Shown here: positions 58,985 to 64,000 of the stretch, one piece after another
Position numbering within the stretch: the stretch's first letter is position 1
Layout of the letters: every line of letters begins with the position of its first letter
From: an uncultured delta proteobacterium
GTDB taxonomy: Bacteria > Desulfobacterota > Desulfobacteria > Desulfobacterales > SG8-13
Direction of reading: 5' to 3'
NCBI GenBank assembly: GCA_963848135.1
Contig: CAWKCK010000002.1
Location: 434,001-498,000, forward strand
Length of the DNA: 64,000 nt
The notes under the pieces: model-generated
What the model was told of the DNA's origin: nothing
Databases searched by the model: none
What the model saw: only the letters and a program-made list of their open reading frames with translations
Position numbers and translations under genes: made by a program

Positions 58985-61168
58985 TTAGCTGAAACCGATC
59001 AAGCGTCCGACCTGATATACGCTAAAGGATGCCAGCCATGCCAGTGAGGTACTGTAGAATATACTAAAGAGCATCCACTTAACAGACCCCGTTTCGCGTC
59101 GTATGGCGGTTACCGTGGCAAGACATGGCAGGTACAAAAGCACGAAAATCATCATCGAAAGGGCAGAGAGGGGTGTCATTCCGGAAGCCCTGAGTGCCGT
59201 TCGCAACCCTTCCGCTTGCTTATCCTCATCGGCAGCATAGAGCACGCCCAGGGTGCTGACGACGATTTCCTTGGCCACGAAACCGGTCACCAGGGACACC
59301 CCCCCACGCCAGTCGATTCCTATCGGTGCGAACAGCGGGGCTATGGCCTTACCGATCCGCCCCATAAAAGAGTGTTCCATCTTTTCCGCTTGACGGGTCC
59401 GTTTCAGTTCCGTAATCGCGGCCTTTTTGCGCGCTTTCAGCAACCGTTTGTCGGTTTCGGCAGCATTTTGGATCTCGGCATCATATCCTGCGCCGATGCG
59501 TGCCAATTCCCCTTCGTAATCCTTTGAATAAGTAACATCGCGAGGAAACGCCGAAAGACACCAGATAACCACCGATCCGACCAGAATGATGCCGCCCATT
59601 TTTTTCAAGAAAATTTTGGAGCGATCCCACATGTGAATCAGCAGGCTCCTTAACATCGGTGCTCTGTAAGGTGGGAGTTCCATGACAAAAGGTGCATCTG
59701 CTCCTTTCAAGAGGGTTGATCTGAACAAACGGCCGGTTATCATCGAGAGGCCGATGCCGAGCAGGTAGACAGCAAAAATGACGTTGCCGGCCCGCGCACC
59801 GAAAAAAGTGCCAGCCAGAGCAATGTAAACCGGGAGTTTGGCCGAACAGGACATGAAAGGCGTAATTAAAATGGTCAGGATGCGATCTTTTTCACTCTCG
59901 AGGGTTCGGGTGGCCATAATGGCCGGTACGTTGCAGCCGAAGCCCATCAACATCGGTATAAAAGATTTCCCATGCAATCCGATCAGATGCATGATTTTAT
60001 CCATCAGAAAGGCTGAGCGTGCCATGTAACCGGTATCTTCGAACAGGGCGATACAGAAAAAAAGGATGAGGATATTGGGCAGAAAAACGATGACACTACC
60101 GACCCCCGCCACAATACCTTCCAATACGAGATCCTTAAAAAGGCCATCGGGCAGATAGTCCGCAAGAATGGCCGATGTTCCGCTGACGACACGATCGATC
60201 CCGCTCATCGGATAATCGCCCAGCGTAAAGGTCAGTTGGAACATGGCCCAGATAAAAAAAACGAATATCGGGAAACCGATAAACCGGTTGGTCAACACCA
60301 GGTCGATATTTCGCGACATGTCGACACGCTGACGGGTGGTACTGACGAGGACCTCCTTGACGATACCGGCAATGAACCCATAGCGTTCGTCTGTCATCAC
60401 AATTTCCGGTTCATCATCGAAACGGTCCCGCAGAAGCTCTCTCAAGGTCTGGGTGTGTTGGAGGATATCCGCCTTGAAGTGGCCGGCTTTTTCATCAATC
60501 CTCTCTTTAACGATCTTGTCATCTTCGAGGAGCTTTATAGCGGTCCATCGGAAATTATAAGGAAATCCATGGCCGACCCTAGCGTCTATAAGGTGCTCAA
60601 GTTCGGTAATCGCTTCTTCGATATCCTTGCTGTATTTCACCCTTCGTTTCGGGCCCCTGGGGATGTCCGCTTCTGCCAATTCGATCGCCATTTTGAGCAG
60701 CGTGTCAATACCCTCGTTTTTGTTACCGATGGTAAAAGCCACGGGGACATTCAGCAGCTCGGACAACTTGAGGGCATCTATTTTATTGCCCCTGGCACGG
60801 GCCAAGTCAGCCATATTAAGGGCATAGAGGACTTTGCAATCGAGTTCTCTGATCTGGGTGGCAAGATAGAGGCTGCGTTCGAGATTGGAGGCATCGATGA
60901 TATCGATGACGACATCGGGTGTCTCATCGAGAATATAGTTGCGGGCGACGATTTCTTCGATGGAAAAAGGCGTGAGGCTGTAAGTTCCGGGCAAGTCGAT
61001 TATTTTTAATTGGTAGCCGTGTTTGAGGACTGTCCCCTCTTTTTTTTCCACGGTCACACCGGGCCAATTGCCGACTTTCTGCCTTGTTCCGGTCATTCTG
61101 TTGAATATCGTCGTTTTACCGGAATTCGGGTTACCAGCCAGTGCGATCGTCAGGCGCTTTGAATTCAT
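58985..61168 (-). CDS. feoB: ferrous iron transporter FeoB
   Basis: GNPNSGKT, VGNWPGVTVE, DLPG, NMAD G-motifs; GFGCNVP, PFMSCSAKLP, FVMELPPY, LYLPC. Confidence 0.97.
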   Translation of the reverse strand: MNSKRLTIALAGNPNSGKTTIFNRMTGTRQKVGNWPGVTVEKKEGTVLKHGYQLKIIDLPGTYSLTPFSIEEIVARNYILDETPDVVIDIIDASNLERSLYLATQIRELDCKVLYALNMADLARARGNKIDALKLSELLNVPVAFTIGNKNEGIDTLLKMAIELAEADIPRGPKRRVKYSKDIEEAITELEHLIDARVGHGFPYNFRWTAIKLLEDDKIVKERIDEKAGHFKADILQHTQTLRELLRDRFDDEPEIVMTDERYGFIAGIVKEVLVSTTRQRVDMSRNIDLVLTNRFIGFPIFVFFIWAMFQLTFTLGDYPMSGIDRVVSGTSAILADYLPDGLFKDLVLEGIVAGVGSVIVFLPNILILFFCIALFEDTGYMARSAFLMDKIMHLIGLHGKSFIPMLMGFGCNVPAIMATRTLESEKDRILTILITPFMSCSAKLPVYIALAGTFFGARAGNVIFAVYLLGIGLSMITGRLFRSTLLKGADAPFVMELPPYRAPMLRSLLIHMWDRSKIFLKKMGGIILVGSVVIWCLSAFPRDVTYSKDYEGELARIGAGYDAEIQNAAETDKRLLKARKKAAITELKRTRQAEKMEHSFMGRIGKAIAPLFAPIGIDWRGGVSLVTGFVAKEIVVSTLGVLYAADEDKQAEGLRTALRASGMTPLSALSMMIFVLLYLPCLATVTAIRRETGSVKWMLFSIFYSTSLAWLASFSVYQVGRLIGFS

Positions 61169-61179
61169 GCAGAAAAAAC

Positions 61180-61407
61180 CTACCTTACATTGTCAACCGT
61201 AATGTTTCCGGCTTCCTCAACCCGCAGAGACATGTGGTATCCCTTGACGATGAGTTCCAGCGGATCCTTTAAGGGTGCATATTTTTCGACGATCACCTCG
61301 GTGCCCTTTATAAGCCCCATTTCATGCAGTCTGCGTCTCAAGGCACGATTCCCGCCGATGTGGTTGATTGTTGCCGTTTGCCCTTCTTTGACTTCACTCA
61401 AAAGCAT
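61180..61407 (-). CDS. feoA: ferrous iron transport protein FeoA
   Basis: LRRRLHEMGL..GT.V...APLKDPLE...LSLR; directly upstream of feoB. Confidence 0.95.
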   Translation of the reverse strand: MLLSEVKEGQTATINHIGGNRALRRRLHEMGLIKGTEVIVEKYAPLKDPLELIVKGYHMSLRVEEAGNITVDNVR

Positions 61408-61472
61408 TCCGCCACCTTGTCAAAAAATTTGCAATGTTATCGGAACGTATCCCGTAGCTCAGGATTATACCG

Positions 61473-61511
61473 AAAAAAATTTGCGACGGGCGAGAGTGTC
61501 GCCTGTCGCAA
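61473..61511 (-). terminator. intrinsic terminator upstream of feoA
   Basis: Minus strand TTGCGACAGGCGA-CACTC-TCGCCCGTCGCAA-ATTTTTTT. Confidence 0.7.
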
Positions 61512-61557
61512 TCAGACCCGTACACTTCCGGTCGGCTGTCAGAAACATAAGCAGTTG

Positions 61558-61586
61558 AATTTAATGATATATGAAAGCGATGTCAA
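61558..61586 (-). promoter_or_regulatory. sigma70 promoter candidate for the feoAB leader
   Basis: Minus strand TTGACA-17 nt-TAAATT. Confidence 0.6.
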
Positions 61587-61661
61587 CAAACGTTCGTCGA
61601 TCTATGGGTGGCGCTTGGCAAACCACCGCTACGCGCTCGAAAGGATACTGGCACCATAATA

Positions 61662-62528
61662 TCAACCCCAAAAAATGATAAATACCGTTCCGATGAGCAT
61701 GAATACCGCCCCTGCCAGACGCACCCCGATGTTATGTTCCTTGAAGATAACTGCACCGAAAATGACGCCGAAGAGGATGCTGAGCCGTTTTATGGCGATC
61801 ATGTATGCGGCTTTGGTTAAGAAAATGGCATACCCGTGACAAACCGCATGCACAAAGAGAAGTGTACCCGCGACCAGGCCTTTGCCCGGTTGAACAGTGT
61901 AAGTCTGGAGGTGGATTCTGCGCATAGCCAGAAGGGCAAGCAAAATCGTCAGATTGAATGCAACAAAAAAGGAAATTGTAAAATATAGCGGTGAAGAATG
62001 CAATATGCCCTGTTTGCCAACAACAGCGGCAAAACTAAAAATAAAGGCGACGATCATCATCAGCCAGGAACCTTTTTCCTTGAAAACGGCCGTTAATGGA
62101 TCCAGAAAGCTTGGTCGGGCAGGATCGAGATTGAGAATGTAGCCGCCGACACAGGTGGTAAGGATACCGATAATACCCCACCGATTGGGAATTTCTCCCA
62201 GGATCACAGACCCGGTTACGATCATGAACACTGGCGTAAACGCCAGATATGGCACGGTCAGTGATAGGGGTGAAATCCTTATGGCCTGCATATAAAGCAG
62301 GAAACTGACGGCATTGAGTGGCAGGCTGATCAAAAGTGACCACCAGTAGACGGCATCGAGAACCGGACGAGGTGCGAGATAAAGGCCGATGATGAACATG
62401 GGCAGGCTGTATAGCGCCGGATAGGCCACCATGTCATAGGGACTAAGGTGGGCAAAATATTTTTTTACCCATACGTCCTGGGTAGCGACCGTCAAAGCCG
62501 TTAGAAGCGATAGGATAAGCCATAGCAT
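61662..62528 (-). CDS. EamA/DMT family transporter
   Basis: Two 5-TM repeats, SPLSLTVPYLAFTPVF, LGEIP, KRLSILFGV, FKE; start at MLWLIL (track gives 62579). Confidence 0.88.
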   Translation of the reverse strand: MLWLILSLLTALTVATQDVWVKKYFAHLSPYDMVAYPALYSLPMFIIGLYLAPRPVLDAVYWWSLLISLPLNAVSFLLYMQAIRISPLSLTVPYLAFTPVFMIVTGSVILGEIPNRWGIIGILTTCVGGYILNLDPARPSFLDPLTAVFKEKGSWLMMIVAFIFSFAAVVGKQGILHSSPLYFTISFFVAFNLTILLALLAMRRIHLQTYTVQPGKGLVAGTLLFVHAVCHGYAIFLTKAAYMIAIKRLSILFGVIFGAVIFKEHNIGVRLAGAVFMLIGTVFIIFWG

Positions 62529-62593
62529 CGGGAAGCCTGAGTGATGGCGATTCATTCGGAACTTTTTCGCGGCATTCACGGTTTCGTTCCGCG

Positions 62594-63982
62594 TTATAAT
62601 TTCTCCAGCTTGACCACCACTTCGATATGATAGGTGTGAGGAAACATGTCCACTGGTTGAACGTTTTCGACGCGATAGTATTCTTTCATCAGGTCGAGAT
62701 CTCTGGCAAGGGTGGCCGGATTACAGGAGACGTAGACGATCCTAACCGGCGCCATATCGAGCACCTGTCGCAAAACATGCTTGTGCATCCCGACCCGGGG
62801 TGGATCGATGACGATCACATCTACCGGTGTTGTGATTTGATGAAGCTCCTCGGCAATGTCGCCCTGAATAAATCGACAATTTGATATTCGATTTCGACGG
62901 CAGTTTTCAATAGCGTCGGACACCGCGCTATCTACAATTTCGATACCGATCACTTCTCTGGCATCTGGCGATAGGCAGATGGCAATGGTTCCGGTTCCGC
63001 TGTAAAGATCGACCACCCGTTCACTTCCCGTTAAGCCGGCAAATGATCGCACAGTTGCGTACAAACGCTCGGCCCCGGCGGTATTGGTCTGAAAAAAACT
63101 GTTGGCGGAAATGTGGAATTCGTACGTACCGATGCGGTCCCTGATAAAACGATCCCCGGCCAGCAAAAACTCGCTTTCACCCAGAGTTATGGCCGCCTTG
63201 CGGGCGGTGACGTTGTTGACCACCGCGACGATATTCGGGTGGGCGGTCATCAGCTGGGTGGCAAGGGGCAGAAGTGTCTGCCGTTTTTCGGTGGCCGTAA
63301 CAATATTCACCATCCATTGGTCCGCAGCCAGCGAATGGCGCAACATCAGGAATCGCCAGAAACCGAGATGGCTTTTCAGCCCATAAACCGGTTCACTGGA
63401 GGCTCTGACAAATTCCCTGACATGCTCGAGGATGGCATTTCCCAAATTCGGTTGAAGAAGGCACGCCCGGGTGTCGAGCACTTTGAAAAAGGTCCCGGGG
63501 ACATGCAGCCCAAGAGCCATCCCGACCTCGACATCCGGTTTGCCCAATTCCTCGGGCATCAACCAGCGCCGGTCGGAAAAAGTAAACTCCATCTTGTTAC
63601 GGTAGTGGAAGGTGCAATCCGAGGCGATCGTTTCCCGGACGTCAACGTCCCCGAGATGGCCGATTCGAGCCAAAGTTTCAGCCACTTGCCGTTGTTTGTA
63701 TTCGAGCTGTTTATCGTAGCGGAGAAATTGCCACTTACATCCACCACACGTGCCGCTATACGGACAGGGCGGCGTTATCCGGTAGGGTGATGACCGCAGC
63801 AATTCCATAAGGATGGCTTCGGCGTAATTTTTACGCTTTCGAACAATCCGGATGCGCACCTGATCCATAGGTGCGACCTGGTCGACAAACACCGCCATAT
63901 CCTCCACACGCAGCAGGCCACGACCACCGTAAGCCAGATCCGCGATTTCCCCCTCGATAACTTGTCCTTTTTTAATTCCCAC
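62594..63982 (-). CDS. rlmD: 23S rRNA m5U1939 methyltransferase RlmD (TRAM domain)
   Basis: TRAM N-terminus, CPYSGTCGGC Fe-S motif, YRNK, SFFQTN, DLYSGTG, DPPRVG, YVSCNPATLARD, DMFPHTYHIE. Confidence 0.93.
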   Translation of the reverse strand: MGIKKGQVIEGEIADLAYGGRGLLRVEDMAVFVDQVAPMDQVRIRIVRKRKNYAEAILMELLRSSPYRITPPCPYSGTCGGCKWQFLRYDKQLEYKQRQVAETLARIGHLGDVDVRETIASDCTFHYRNKMEFTFSDRRWLMPEELGKPDVEVGMALGLHVPGTFFKVLDTRACLLQPNLGNAILEHVREFVRASSEPVYGLKSHLGFWRFLMLRHSLAADQWMVNIVTATEKRQTLLPLATQLMTAHPNIVAVVNNVTARKAAITLGESEFLLAGDRFIRDRIGTYEFHISANSFFQTNTAGAERLYATVRSFAGLTGSERVVDLYSGTGTIAICLSPDAREVIGIEIVDSAVSDAIENCRRNRISNCRFIQGDIAEELHQITTPVDVIVIDPPRVGMHKHVLRQVLDMAPVRIVYVSCNPATLARDLDLMKEYYRVENVQPVDMFPHTYHIEVVVKLEKL

Positions 63983-64000
63983 AATGTCCTCTCCCGGTCC

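Noticed and set aside
61564..61586. Fur box upstream of feoAB
   Set aside because: TGAAAGCGATGTCA is only loosely palindromic and its spacing does not fit the consensus I recall; a matrix scan is needed
686..63984. Numerous 60-260 aa antisense or alternate-frame ORFs (e.g. 5070-5672, 55430-56131, 60236-61009, 63113-63790)
   Set aside because: Shadow ORFs of well-supported genes, with no family motifs
1..64000. CRISPR array, prophage, integrase/transposase, rRNA or classical defence genes
   Set aside because: No regularly spaced direct repeats and no matching protein motifs seen; neither tRNA shows a duplicated 3' end within the window

Overview
Chromosomal region of what looks like a Desulfobacterales-type deltaproteobacterium. 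The taxonomy is inferred from gene content, the Geobacter-like pilin leader and tRNA-Sec. Housekeeping genes sit on the left (tRNA-Leu, ribF, def-fmt-rsmB-PASTA-rpe-aroQ) and the right (lepB, pgpA, larC, M20 peptidase, selC, feoAB, EamA, rlmD). Between them is a ~44 kb surface-glycosylation region made of two convergent blocks. The + strand block (8.4-18.9 kb) holds galE, a wHTH regulator, wzm/wzt, a sulfotransferase, GT2/GT8 enzymes, a UDP-galactopyranose-mutase-like flavoprotein and a GlfT1-like GT2. The - strand block (52.0-18.9 kb) starts with pilR and a sigma54-driven type IVa pilin. It continues with nine GT-C-fold membrane glycosyltransferases (four with the architecture of animal TMTC protein O-mannosyltransferases), four polyprenol-phosphate-sugar synthase-like GT2s, methyltransferases, a VKOR-DsbA fusion and a 1195-aa repeat lipoprotein. 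The best candidate for an undescribed system is this pilin-linked, multi-enzyme, lipid-donor protein glycosylation and maturation locus. Other signals are four single-base frameshifts (probably assembly errors), several MITE-like intergenic elements, a repeated palindromic operator, and a terminator in the feoAB leader. All calls come from motif reading by eye; no searches were run.
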